From: an uncultured bacterium
GTDB taxonomy: Bacteria > Babelota > Babeliae > Babelales > Babelaceae
Direction of reading: 5' to 3'
DNA length: 64,000 nucleotides
NCBI GenBank assembly: GCA_963713855.1
Contig: OY970209.1
Coordinates: 480,001 to 544,000, forward strand
In this document: positions 36,244 through 46,129 of the stretch, one piece after another
How positions within the stretch are numbered: the stretch's first letter is position 1
How the letters are laid out: every line of letters starts with the position of its first letter
Notes under the pieces: generated by a model
The model's database searches: none
What the model was told of the DNA's origin: nothing
Seen by the model: only the letters and a program-made list of their open reading frames with translations
Program-made: the position numbers and the translations under genes

Positions 36244-37659
36244 GTGAAAATAGAGACGGCCGTTGGTCTTTTTGTAGCTTTCGTGCTTGTTACCTTTTTT
36301 TATATGACTTCTCGTGTTGGGTTTTTCAACCTTGATAAGAGTAAGTACGCATTTTATACCGTGTGCTTTAATGATGCTTGTGGCCTTGAGCGCAAGGCGG
36401 ATGTTAAAATGTTTGGTATTAAGGTAGGGCGAGTAGAATCGCTAACACTAAAGCCAGAAATTCATCAGGTGTGGGCTGACATTATGGTTCAAAAAGAGTG
36501 TCTTTTATATACTGATGCTGCATCCATGATTAAGCAGGATGGTCTTCTTGGCAATAAATATTTGGAGCTTATTCCCGGAAATCCACAAAATCCGCTTTTT
36601 GACCCGTCCAATGATACTATTAAGGTATTGGGTGAAGCTGGGTCTTTTGATTCTCTCATAGCAGATGTAAGGGGCACTTCCGGTCAATTTAGTCAGGTAG
36701 CCTCGTCGATGCAAGATTTTTGTACAAACGATAATGCCTCCTTAATGAGGCAGGCGCTTGAGCAATTAAGCGAAACGTCGCGAAATTTGGCGGCATTAGC
36801 ACAATCCATTCAAGGACTTGTTGCTCGCAATGAACAAGTATTGCAAGCGACGCTAGAGGACACGCATAATCTCGTTAAAAGTTTGACTAAAGATGTCCCG
36901 CAAGCTGCTCAAAAATGTGCTTTAGCAAGTGACCACATTGAAAATGTTGCTCGAAAAATTAATGAGGGGCAAGGAATTATCGGTCAGTTGGTCAACGATA
37001 CCTGCCTGCGTTCCGATTTTAATCAAGCGGTCTGCTCTGTTAAAAACACGCTTTCTACCTTAAGCAACTTGGTATTTGTCAATGATACCCACGTAGAATC
37101 TATGCTTGGTCCTGTTGAGCACACGGGCTTTAATGATTTTAAGACGTATTTAGATTTTAGGCTCTACCCTACCCCAGAATATTTCTATTTAGGAGGTCTT
37201 GTTGGTCGGCGTTCAGGAAAAATTGAACGTGATTGGCACTCATTTAGAGAAGGTGATACCGACGCTATAGGTTTTAAGCGTGAAACTATTCGTCGATTAG
37301 ATCACTGGCTGTGGAACTTGCAGTTTGGGAGAATGACATGCAGGTGGGGAGTTCGTGGTGGTCTTTTTGAAAGTACCTTAGGGTTAGGGCTTGATCTTTC
37401 AATTCCAATGCCTACGGATAAGCTTCATTGGCTTACTACGTTTGAGGCTTATGACTTTAGAGGCCGTCTTCGCATAGATGATCATAATCCACACCTTAAA
37501 TGGATGAATAGGTTATTTTTGAATAAGAACATTTATTTTGTCTTTGGTGTAGATGATTTTATAAGCAAACATAATAGAAATGCTTTTTTAGGTGCAGGTA
37601 TTTGGTTTGATGATGAGGATATACGCTCGTTCTTTTCACCGTCCCGGGCTTGCTCATGA
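36244..37659 (+). CDS. mlaD: MCE/MlaD family protein with helical stalk and predicted C-terminal beta-rich domain
   Basis: VGLFV TM, F.DA.GL...ADV...GIKVGRV, GLLGNKYLEL.PG; GTG start at 36244. Confidence 0.88.
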   Translation: MKIETAVGLFVAFVLVTFFYMTSRVGFFNLDKSKYAFYTVCFNDACGLERKADVKMFGIKVGRVESLTLKPEIHQVWADIMVQKECLLYTDAASMIKQDGLLGNKYLELIPGNPQNPLFDPSNDTIKVLGEAGSFDSLIADVRGTSGQFSQVASSMQDFCTNDNASLMRQALEQLSETSRNLAALAQSIQGLVARNEQVLQATLEDTHNLVKSLTKDVPQAAQKCALASDHIENVARKINEGQGIIGQLVNDTCLRSDFNQAVCSVKNTLSTLSNLVFVNDTHVESMLGPVEHTGFNDFKTYLDFRLYPTPEYFYLGGLVGRRSGKIERDWHSFREGDTDAIGFKRETIRRLDHWLWNLQFGRMTCRWGVRGGLFESTLGLGLDLSIPMPTDKLHWLTTFEAYDFRGRLRIDDHNPHLKWMNRLFLNKNIYFVFGVDDFISKHNRNAFLGAGIWFDDEDIRSFFSPSRACS

Positions 37660-37784
37660 TTGATGAACAACCAAAAGAGCTTTTGAGAGCGTTGACCTAT
37701 TTTAGGGGCTCTGAATTCAAAACCTCTGCATAGGGCATGTTCCTGCATTAGTGCCCATCTTTCATGTTTGTCGTAAGCGTGTTT

Positions 37785-38225
37785 TCATGAGTCGCTGATT
37801 TTGATATATCCCTCTTGAACTAGTTGGATTGTCCGCGCCATGGCATCAGTATTCACTTTGATTGAGGGTAGAAGGTCTGTGTTTACCCATTTGTGGGCTG
37901 ACGCAGTTGCGCCGCACAGTTCGATCCGCACCCCGCTTTTAATAAGATCAGCGACGAGTCCTTTGTATGGATTGCCGGTCGTGATGCCGCGTTCGCTGTT
38001 GTATGAGGTGTCGTTTAGCGTCACATGGCCCGCATTTGTGTGAAAAACCGCTACAATATCCGACTTCGCGTTCCAGTGATAGCTGTCTTTCACTATGAGA
38101 TTGAGATGGAAAATTGATGCTGGTAAGTCCCCTTCAAAAGAAAGTGCACTGATGCTGAATACTGCTTTGACCTGCGATAATTTAACCGTAACATCAATAT
38201 GAAGCGTCTTTGCCGATGCGGTCAT
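37785..38225 (-). CDS. DsrE/DsrF-like family protein
   Basis: KAVF, VAVFH, NPY...V..L...GV.IELCG; start placed at MTASAK. Confidence 0.72.
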   Translation of the reverse strand: MTASAKTLHIDVTVKLSQVKAVFSISALSFEGDLPASIFHLNLIVKDSYHWNAKSDIVAVFHTNAGHVTLNDTSYNSERGITTGNPYKGLVADLIKSGVRIELCGATASAHKWVNTDLLPSIKVNTDAMARTIQLVQEGYIKISDS

Positions 38226-38254
38226 GTTGACCCTTTTTTGTTGATAAATCGCGG

Positions 38255-38905
38255 TCATTTGGCCATGCACGCGACGGCCTCTTCTGTCGAGAGCACTGCG
38301 TGCGCTAGGTATCGGTAGTTGATGAGGGCCGCCTGGTAGCCATCACCCCACTCTTTATTGCGAGGTCCAGCTACCGCATCTTTGACGACAGCTATTTGAA
38401 ACCCTTGCTCAAGAAATTCGCGTAGGTGTGACTCGACGCACATGTTTGCAAGCATGCCGCCAAGGATGATCTTGCCTATCTCTCTCTTTCTTAGCTGTAG
38501 AACTAGGTCATTGGTCTGTGGTCCGAATACTTTGTGCGGACTAACAACGATAGTCTTACCGTTTTCGATGTACGGTTTAAAACGCTCCAGCCAGTCTGCC
38601 CCTGAATTTTTGAATCCTGTCAGATCCAGTGGTCCCCTGCGCGCAAAAGTACGCGTTTTAAGTTCTTCAGCTTCGAGCGGCCCGTTTATTTTCCACCCAT
38701 CATCAGTTGGATAGAAATAGTGGGGTGAGATGAACACATGATAGTTATCCGCATTCGCGGCCTTGAAAAGTCGGTCTAGGTTTGCTACCGTGTGATTCTC
38801 AGTGACGCTGGCACCAACAAGGCCCCAACTTGCACCCTTCTCATTTAAAAAATCATTTTGTGGATCGATTATAACAACAGCGGTATCACGTGTATTGAAC
38901 TTCAT
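38255..38905 (-). CDS. Cysteine hydrolase (isochorismatase family)
   Basis: TAVVIIDPQNDFL, HK, GMLANMCVESH.R (Asp-Lys-Cys triad). Confidence 0.9.
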   Translation of the reverse strand: MKFNTRDTAVVIIDPQNDFLNEKGASWGLVGASVTENHTVANLDRLFKAANADNYHVFISPHYFYPTDDGWKINGPLEAEELKTRTFARRGPLDLTGFKNSGADWLERFKPYIENGKTIVVSPHKVFGPQTNDLVLQLRKREIGKIILGGMLANMCVESHLREFLEQGFQIAVVKDAVAGPRNKEWGDGYQAALINYRYLAHAVLSTEEAVACMAK

Positions 38906-39079
38906 TCTTCAAACTCTCATCCTTTTGATTTTCCATAAAATATGATGCCTTATCCATTCAGGTCAAGACTTTGGTTTTAAATGTAGGGAGCAGCATAAAA
39001 AAACGGGAGAAATCCGCCTGTTTTTTCCTAAAGAAGCCTTCAATTCTTTGAAAACCTATGCATATTTTTTATATAATAT

Positions 39080-39421
39080 TTGTATAATACGAATATTGAT
39101 ATGGGAAAGCTTGTAGAAACTGATGAACTTGTAATCAATCCGATTATTTATTCAGAAGTCTCTATAGGTTTTACTAATATCGAAGATTTAGAAGAGGTAC
39201 TTACACCGGATATTTTTTTGCGGGAAAATTTACCTTGGGAAGCAGCCTTCCTGGCTGGTAAGTGTTTTTTAAACTACAGAAAGAAAGCAGGTATAAAAAC
39301 TTCGCCACTTCCGGATTTTTATATAGGAGCTCATGCTTCTATAACGAATAGAGCTTTACTTACTAGAGATGGTAGAAGGTATCGCAGCTATTTTCCCAGG
39401 CTAAAGATTATTTGTCCTTAG
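39080..39421 (+). pseudogene. vapC: 5'-truncated PIN-domain VapC toxin
   Basis: INPIIYSEVS, LPWEAAFLAGK, PLPDFYIGAHA, LLTRD; N-terminal acidic D(T/S)N motif and an antitoxin gene are absent. Confidence 0.75.
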
Positions 39422-39536
39422 AGTAAATTGTCTTGTAAAAGCTCGTATGTTTGAAGCCCCTCTTTTCTGGGTCATGAAGTGCTAGCGGTTAAAGTATAGA
39501 AAAGCAAAAATGTTGCTGATGAGCGGTACGTTAAGA

Positions 39537-39571
39537 GAAGGCAGAGATGGTATTTATCCCGCTCTGCCTTC
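39537..39571. terminator. Hairpin between convergent genes
   Basis: GAAGGCAGAG...CTCTGCCTTC 10-bp stem. Confidence 0.6.
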
Positions 39572-39591
39572 TTCTTTGATGTTTTTAATTC

Positions 39592-40734
39592 CTATTTTAT
39601 GAAAAGCTTTGAGAATGCTTGAGTAATGATGCTATTGCAAATCAAGGTGGAGGAACTGCTGCTTCCAGTTGTAGAACATATTCCTTGAAGAGAGAATACT
39701 GTTACATTACTTAAACCTGCATCTGCAATAGCTAAATAAAGACTATCGGGTGAAAAAACAGCTGCATACGGCGAAGAGGAAGAAGCTAGCGAATATACTG
39801 TAGGATTACTAAGGACACTTCCTGTTCCAACAGTAAATACCGTTACATCTTTCGTGGTTGTGTCAGCTATACCGAGATATGCCCCATTTGGTGAGAATGC
39901 TAACGAGAACCCTGAAAATGCTGGAGAAGGGATTGCGTAAGTCACTGGGTTGCTAAGAACTCCTCCAGTAGCAACAGAATATACGACTACGGTGTTGCTC
40001 AAGACAGCTAGATGCAAGCCATCAGGCGAAAATGCTAGTGAGAATGCGCCAAAATTATTTGAAGGTAAATTATAAGAAGTAGCTGCGCTGAGTACTCCCG
40101 AATTTACTTGAAATATGGTTACTGTGTTAGACCCGGTCGTTCCATTATTTTCGGTAGCAACAGCTAGGTATAAACCATTTGGAGAAAAGGCCATGCCACC
40201 GGGAGACATGGCTCCTCCTGGTAGTGCGTAGTTAGTTCCAGCGCTTAGTGCCGTACCTGATACAGGAAATATTGTTACGTTATTGGTAAAGTAATTACCA
40301 GTTGCTACATATTTACTGTCTGGAGAAACCGCTATTAACGATGGCTCTGTAGCGCCAGTTGGCAAAGGTGTCGAAGTGCCGCTATTTAAAACGCCATTTG
40401 TCACGGTAAATAAAGTCACGTCATTGCTGGCGTTACCGCTTACTAAGAAAGAACCGTCTGGAGAAAAAGCGACAGAAGAAGATAGCAGAGAATTACCCGG
40501 AAGCGGATAGTTAATACCATTACTAAGTACTCCATTAGTCACGTTAAATACGGTAACGTTCTTGTCGCTATTTCCTGTATTTGCTGTAGCAAGATAGGCC
40601 CCGCTTGGTGAAAATGCAGCATCATGGGGCATTGATGCTCCGGTTGGCAAAGAGTATGAAGCTGAACAAACGGCGTTATTTTTTAAACACGTTCCGAAAG
40701 CTGCTATTGCGCTCAATAAAAAAATAATCTTCAT
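39592..40734 (-). CDS. Secreted beta-propeller (WD40/lactonase-like) protein
   Basis: Seven repeats of about 45 aa with A(F/V)SPxGxxL and VTVFxVxxGVLS; signal peptide. Confidence 0.85.
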   Translation of the reverse strand: MKIIFLLSAIAAFGTCLKNNAVCSASYSLPTGASMPHDAAFSPSGAYLATANTGNSDKNVTVFNVTNGVLSNGINYPLPGNSLLSSSVAFSPDGSFLVSGNASNDVTLFTVTNGVLNSGTSTPLPTGATEPSLIAVSPDSKYVATGNYFTNNVTIFPVSGTALSAGTNYALPGGAMSPGGMAFSPNGLYLAVATENNGTTGSNTVTIFQVNSGVLSAATSYNLPSNNFGAFSLAFSPDGLHLAVLSNTVVVYSVATGGVLSNPVTYAIPSPAFSGFSLAFSPNGAYLGIADTTTKDVTVFTVGTGSVLSNPTVYSLASSSSPYAAVFSPDSLYLAIADAGLSNVTVFSLQGICSTTGSSSSSTLICNSIITQAFSKLFIK

Positions 40735-40875
40735 GTATACTTCCTTTTTTGCTTGTTAAGACTCTTTTCTCAAAAGCTATCAAAATTTTACTGGACGTCA
40801 ATGTGCGATAGCTCTGGAAATGATGAAATTAACAAATCAATAAAGGCCTTGAGCTTGATTGTTCATTGGTCATAA

Positions 40876-41775
40876 TTAGGGAAGTTGATCTTTGAAAGTA
40901 CATTCCTGAGGCCGTTTATCTTTTCTCAAACGTAAAAAAACGGGTGCTCTCAAAATGCCATAGGGTGTCATCTCCAGGTACTTAATCTCGGCTACAAGTT
41001 TAGGTTGCACCCATATACTTGCTTTTGGAGCGACTGCTTTATTCTGTAGAGGAAGATCTTCAACAATGAGTTTTTTAAGCTGTGTTAATAACTCATCAAT
41101 CATATGGTAGGTAAATCCTGTGCCAACATTGCCTATATAAGTTAAATTGCCAGCTTCATTATATAAGCCGAGTGCTAGTGACGAAAGAGCACGTTTTCCA
41201 GGAAGGTAGCCAACTATAACACAATCGATAGTGTTTAAAAGCTTAATTTTTATCCATTGAGCTGTCCGCTGGCCTTCATAATAAAGCCCGTCAACTCTTT
41301 TTGCCATAACCCCTTCTAGTTTTCTTTTTTGTATCTCTTTCCATAATGCTTGACCCTGCGTTGTATAGAAGATTTTCTCAATACCTTGCCCATCATTAAC
41401 GGTTGAGGCTAAAATCTCTTTGCGCTTTAGTAAAGGCTCATTGGTGATCGATTTTCCGTTCTTCATGAGGATATCGAATACGATGTACGATGCTTTATAG
41501 CCTTGCTGTAAAAGAGTAAAGCTTGGGTTTCCTTCTGTATCAAAAGCTACAATCTCACCATCAAGCACGGCTGATTGTGCTTTGATGTTTTTAGGAAAGT
41601 GTAATTCAGGATAAGTGTCCGTCAGATCGTTATTATTTCTTGAGATAAACTTCAATTTGCCGTGCTCTAAAACGCATAAAGCGCGGTAACCGTCTAATTT
41701 GGGCTCATAGATATAGCCCTTCATGTCTAAATAGTCGGTATTTCCTATTATTGCGTTCATTACTCGAAAGTTCAC
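40876..41775 (-). CDS. ligD: ATP-dependent DNA ligase (LigD ligase domain only)
   Basis: YEPKLDGYR (adenylated Lys), SRN, LDGEIV, FDIL, EGVMAK, WIKIK, G.VGTGF, LRAPVFLRLR.DK; no polymerase or phosphoesterase domain. Confidence 0.92.
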   Translation of the reverse strand: MNFRVMNAIIGNTDYLDMKGYIYEPKLDGYRALCVLEHGKLKFISRNNNDLTDTYPELHFPKNIKAQSAVLDGEIVAFDTEGNPSFTLLQQGYKASYIVFDILMKNGKSITNEPLLKRKEILASTVNDGQGIEKIFYTTQGQALWKEIQKRKLEGVMAKRVDGLYYEGQRTAQWIKIKLLNTIDCVIVGYLPGKRALSSLALGLYNEAGNLTYIGNVGTGFTYHMIDELLTQLKKLIVEDLPLQNKAVAPKASIWVQPKLVAEIKYLEMTPYGILRAPVFLRLRKDKRPQECTFKDQLP

Positions 41776-41938
41776 GAAGTACCCTCTTTTAGCTTGGTAT
41801 AGATGAGCTTAACAGTTGCTTAAAATTGATTGCAAGAAGAGCTCGTAAGTTCCAGTATAAGCTTGAACAATAAGCAGTTTGCATTATAAAAAAGAAACTT
41901 TATAATAACTATTAAGTAATTAGTGCTTGGATGCAAAA

Positions 41939-42394
41939 ATGATAAAAGACAAAAAAATATTTGATGGTTGTGAGATAGTTGCTATTTATAAGCCTGATTA
42001 TGCTTCAAAAGTGTTAATACCGCTTATAGAGGGCAGTGTTCCTGCCGGGTTTCCTGCATCGACAGAAAATTTTATTGATAAGTCATTAGATCTTAACGAC
42101 TTACTTATTAAGCATCCTGCGGCAACTTTTTTTGTTCGTGTTAAAGGGGATTCGATGATTAAAGCGGGAATACAGTCCCAGGATATTCTCATCGTGGATC
42201 GTGCGCTTTCTGTATCAAACAATAAAATCGTTATTGCTCGTATTAATGACGAGCTTACTGTCAAACGAATCAAGATTGACGCTCATAAGCTGTATCTTAT
42301 GCCTGATAGTGATGAGTATAAGCCTATAGAAATTACGGAGTCGATGGACTTTGAAGTCTGGGGAGTGGTTACTTTTGTTATTCATCAAGTGTGA
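41939..42394 (+). CDS. umuD: DNA polymerase V autoproteolytic subunit UmuD
   Basis: VPAGFP cleavage site, LDLN.LLIKHPAATFFVRV.GDSM (Ser), TVKR (Lys), WGVVT. Confidence 0.93.
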   Translation: MIKDKKIFDGCEIVAIYKPDYASKVLIPLIEGSVPAGFPASTENFIDKSLDLNDLLIKHPAATFFVRVKGDSMIKAGIQSQDILIVDRALSVSNNKIVIARINDELTVKRIKIDAHKLYLMPDSDEYKPIEITESMDFEVWGVVTFVIHQV

Positions 42395-43674
42395 CGATGA
42401 GCCGTATACTCCTTGTAGATTGTAATAATTTTTATGTATCGTGTGAGCGGGTTTTTAATCCTAAACTTAACAAAAAGCCCGTTGTTGTTCTGGGAAGCAA
42501 TGATGCTTGTATTATTGCGCGCTCGAATGAAGCTAAAGCGTTAAACATACCCATGGGTGCTCCAGCTTTTGAATACGAAGCGATTTTTAAAAAGCACAAC
42601 GTCATTGTCCACTCTGCCAACTTTGCGCTTTATGGTGACATGTCTCAACGTGTAATGCAAACAGTAGCTGAATACGCAACAGATATTGAAATTTATTCAG
42701 TTGACGAGGCTTTCTTACGCGTAGCTTCCTATGCTACAGCTTTTAAAGACTATCACCTTGAGCACGCGCATCACCTAAAAAATCAGGTCAAGCAAAAAAC
42801 GGGTATTCCTGTTTCAATTGGCATAGGTCCTACTAAAACGCTTTCAAAAATCGCTAACAGGTTGGCTAAAAAAAATCCCATCTACAATGGTGCTTTTGAT
42901 ATAACAAACCATAAAGATGTTGATGAGCTTTTGGCATCTGTAGATGTTGCAGATGTATGGGGCATAGGCTCAAGATATGCTGCATTATTGCGCAACAACA
43001 AGATCTTTACGGCCTGTGATCTTAAATATGCTGATGAAAGATGGGTTAGAAAGCATATGACGCTAACGGGCCATAAGACTTTGCTTGAGCTACGAGGAAA
43101 GTCTTGTTTGCCTTTACAAGAGTGCCCCGAGCCTAAGCAATCGATTACAGTATCCCGTTCATTTGGGAAAAAAGTAACCAATTTAAGTGATGCTCAAGAA
43201 GCTTTGGCGCATTATGTTGCTTGCGGCGCTGCAAAATTGCGTGTCCAACAATCATACGCTACTCATGTAACAGTCTTTGCTCTAACAACGCTCTATCACG
43301 AGCCTAAAAATTATTTCCATTCACTATCATGTTCATTGCCGCTTGCTACCCATTATACCCCCGACCTTATAGAAGCAGCCCAAGCTTGTTTGAAAGCAAT
43401 TTTTAAGCGAGGAGTAACCTATAAAAAGGTGGGAGTTATCTTCTCAGGGCTTGTGCCTTCAGATTTTTTACAGATGAGCGCTCTTATTCCTTTAAAAAAC
43501 AGGCAACAGCAAATAAACTGCATGAAAGCTGTCGACAGAGTCAATGATAGATGGGGACGGAATAAGCTTTTTTTTGCGGCAGAGGGCATTAAAAGGCCTT
43601 GGAAGATGTATCAGGCAAATAAATCAGCCTGTTTTACTACCAATTGGCATGAACTACTCACCATTGCCACATAA
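42391..43674 (+). CDS. umuC: Y-family DNA polymerase V subunit UmuC
   Basis: LVDCNNFYVSCER, SND.C.IARS.EAK, YSVDEAF, C-terminal W.M.....S..FTT.W.EL. Confidence 0.95.
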   Translation: MTMSRILLVDCNNFYVSCERVFNPKLNKKPVVVLGSNDACIIARSNEAKALNIPMGAPAFEYEAIFKKHNVIVHSANFALYGDMSQRVMQTVAEYATDIEIYSVDEAFLRVASYATAFKDYHLEHAHHLKNQVKQKTGIPVSIGIGPTKTLSKIANRLAKKNPIYNGAFDITNHKDVDELLASVDVADVWGIGSRYAALLRNNKIFTACDLKYADERWVRKHMTLTGHKTLLELRGKSCLPLQECPEPKQSITVSRSFGKKVTNLSDAQEALAHYVACGAAKLRVQQSYATHVTVFALTTLYHEPKNYFHSLSCSLPLATHYTPDLIEAAQACLKAIFKRGVTYKKVGVIFSGLVPSDFLQMSALIPLKNRQQQINCMKAVDRVNDRWGRNKLFFAAEGIKRPWKMYQANKSACFTTNWHELLTIAT

Positions 43675-43733
43675 TCTTGCATTGGACGAGCTAACATTAC
43701 TATGATAGCACGAACTACAATGCGGGGGTATTA

Positions 43734-44525
43734 ATGAAGACGTCATGGAAAGGATCACTCACTTTTGGCTTGGTTGATATTAATGTAGAACTCTATTCCG
43801 CAATTCAGCCACATTCTCTCGGCTTCAAATTATTACACGCAAAATGTCATACCCCTATAACATATCTGCGTTGGTGTCCCCATTGCAAAGAGGAGGTAGC
43901 TTGGAAAGACATCGAAAAAGGTATCCAACTCAAAGATGGCAGCTATTTTATCATCACACCAGAAAACTTAAAAAAATTAAAACCTCAAAAGACAGAAAAT
44001 ATAGCCATTGTAGAATTTGTTGATTATGACGCAATAGATCTTATCTTGTACGATAAGCATTATTATGTAACACCTTCAAAAGCCCCATATAATGCATTCT
44101 TTCTATTTGCTTCTGCGCTTGAAGATCTTCGTAAAGCTGCAATTGGTCAATTTGTTATGCGAGATAAGCAATATGTCTGCGCTATAAGGCCATACAAAAA
44201 TGCTCTGCTTTTAACGACGCTCAATTACGGTTATGAGGTGAAAAAATTAGCAAAAATGGAAGAGCTTGAAAAACCGAGAATTGACCCAAAAGAGCTTAAG
44301 TTAGCTGAAACAATTATAGGAAAACTCACAAAGAAAAAATTTGATATCAACCAGTTTCAAGATACCTTTGCCACCCAGCTTGTAAAGAAGATATCCGAGC
44401 TTAAAAAAGGCATCAAAATACCGGAAAAGAAGAAAGAGATTGAACAGGTAAAGCCAGTATCTCTTATGAAGGCTCTTGAATCGAGTTTAACTCAGCTTGA
44501 ATCCAGAAAACGGGCAGAAGCTTAA
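43734..44525 (+). CDS. ku: Non-homologous end-joining protein Ku
   Basis: W.GSL.FGLV.I.V.LYSA, zinc-ribbon H.KC...CPHC, EL.LA..II, F.D, LM.AL..SL. Confidence 0.93.
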   Translation: MKTSWKGSLTFGLVDINVELYSAIQPHSLGFKLLHAKCHTPITYLRWCPHCKEEVAWKDIEKGIQLKDGSYFIITPENLKKLKPQKTENIAIVEFVDYDAIDLILYDKHYYVTPSKAPYNAFFLFASALEDLRKAAIGQFVMRDKQYVCAIRPYKNALLLTTLNYGYEVKKLAKMEELEKPRIDPKELKLAETIIGKLTKKKFDINQFQDTFATQLVKKISELKKGIKIPEKKKEIEQVKPVSLMKALESSLTQLESRKRAEA

Positions 44526-44856
44526 ATGGCTCTTTTTGAGGGCGGCTCTTAAAAATAGACGGCTCTTTTATTGACTTGGATACTAAAAGCGACTTCGCAT
44601 TCGGTAGCTCTGCAGCCAACCGTGCGCCCCCTTGGCTGAAGTTCAAAACAAAATACTTAACGTTTTTTTCTCGGTATCTCTTTCCTTTTACCTGTTAGGC
44701 CAACTCCATCGTCTATTGCCCCAATAACCAGAAAGGTAATTGGTTGGCAGTTCCTGGATTAAATATTGATTTAAAATACGCAAATGATATATACTTGTTT
44801 ATAAACTAAATTACAATCGCTAATTAAAAATGTTTATTAAGAGCAAAGGAAGTATT

Positions 44857-45657
44857 ATGAATCAACGATATGTGTATATCATGCTTTTTGCTGGTTTTTG
44901 GGTATTGAGCAGCTATTCGGCTGAAGAAACAGCCGGTGAGCCGGCAGGCAAAGTAAGCCAAGAGGCGAGAGAAATAGCTCGCGAATTGACGAATTATATG
45001 CGCGAGCTTAATAGAACCTCTCCTGGCGCTATTGACCAGTTAAAGAGCAACAAAGAAGCGTATCGAAAATTCGTATTAGAGCAGATGAAAGAGATTCAAA
45101 AAAAGAGAGAGCACTGCGAAGGAATAATGAGATATAGCGAGAAGCGGGACAAAGATGCGTTGCTTCAAATATATGCGGACAATTGGTATTGGCTTGTAGC
45201 TGATGGCGTTGATTTCGACCCTGAAAACTTCTTAAGTACTGGTAATCGATCGCTAGATGGCAAAAATAGAAAGGACGCTAAAATCTTAGTCTATTGCCGT
45301 GGTGGTAAACCTATCGCATTTGTTGCCTATCATCTTACCAGTTATCCACAAATTGGCGCGATTCGAATCTTAGGCAATAATAAAGACACGGAGGATTACG
45401 AGTATGTTGAAAAACTTTTGCAGTTTGCTTTGGATGATCTGGAAAAAATGGGAGCAAAAATCGTTGATCTTAGTACCCGCCTTGATAATGCACGCGACCT
45501 AGCTGTCTATGAAAAGCTTGGTTTTATCCAAGGCGGCACATACGGTGATGATGATGAAGATGGCGAGCATAAATATGTCGAACTCACGAAACCTTTTCTT
45601 CCATCAAAATCGAGAGTCAAATCTTTAAGTGAGCCTTTTGAAAAAGATATTCTTTAG
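44857..45657 (+). CDS. Secreted GNAT-family N-acetyltransferase
   Basis: Signal peptide; C-terminal GNAT pattern (LSTRLDNARDLAVYEKLGF). Confidence 0.75.
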   Translation: MNQRYVYIMLFAGFWVLSSYSAEETAGEPAGKVSQEAREIARELTNYMRELNRTSPGAIDQLKSNKEAYRKFVLEQMKEIQKKREHCEGIMRYSEKRDKDALLQIYADNWYWLVADGVDFDPENFLSTGNRSLDGKNRKDAKILVYCRGGKPIAFVAYHLTSYPQIGAIRILGNNKDTEDYEYVEKLLQFALDDLEKMGAKIVDLSTRLDNARDLAVYEKLGFIQGGTYGDDDEDGEHKYVELTKPFLPSKSRVKSLSEPFEKDIL

Positions 45658-45723
45658 AAAGCACATTGGCAGCGATTTAACACTAATAGGTACTTATCGC
45701 TCGCCAAGATCCCAGGGAATAAT

Positions 45724-45756
45724 AGGCGCAGCTCTTTAAATGAGTGCGCCTTTTTT
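45724..45756 (+). terminator. Intrinsic terminator after the GNAT gene
   Basis: AGGCGCA-G-CTC...GAG-TGCGCCT followed by a T-run. Confidence 0.7.
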
Positions 45757-45766
45757 CATCCCAACC

Positions 45767-45991
45767 TTATTTGTTTTGTGTGATGTCGAAATGGTGATCT
45801 GGTCGTAAAGAAATCTTGATAGGACCAGAAGGTAAATTTCCACCATCTACTCCGCCAAAATCAGTTATGGTGATATTTTTTACTGGGCACCAACCTTGCA
45901 ATTTTTGACCATGGTCGTTCGATGGTTTTGATTCCACGAGGAATCAACAGATAATGATATTTAATAGAATACACAAAATCAGTGGCTTCAT
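45767..45991 (-). pseudogene. Possible small secreted-protein gene broken by an in-frame TGA
   Basis: MKPLILCILLNIIIC*FLVESKPSNDHG...FDITQNK; 75 codons, TGA at 45944-45946. Confidence 0.3.
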
Positions 45992-46129
45992 ACTTAAAAA
46001 AATAAGGACTATTTCTTATTGTTGTTTTGACTACCTTAATCGAGTAGTAAGCGGTGCAGTTGACAAGACAGATCATTTTTTTTAGGGTGGAAGGTGTTGT
46101 AGGTCAGATAACATTTTTTTGAGGGTGAC

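Noticed and set aside
41776..41938. LexA/SOS box upstream of umuD
   Set aside because: Only partial GAAC/GTTC half-sites; no canonical CTGT-N8-ACAG or GAAC-N4-GTTC palindrome found.
44526..44760. Possible gene remnant on the minus strand after ku (FLVIGAIDDG)
   Set aside because: Too short and fragmented to assign.
45944..45946. In-frame TGA as evidence of recoding or an alternative genetic code
   Set aside because: TGA ends many intact genes here (thpR, umuD, gspJ, mlaD) and Trp is encoded by TGG; a nonsense mutation or chance ORF is simpler.
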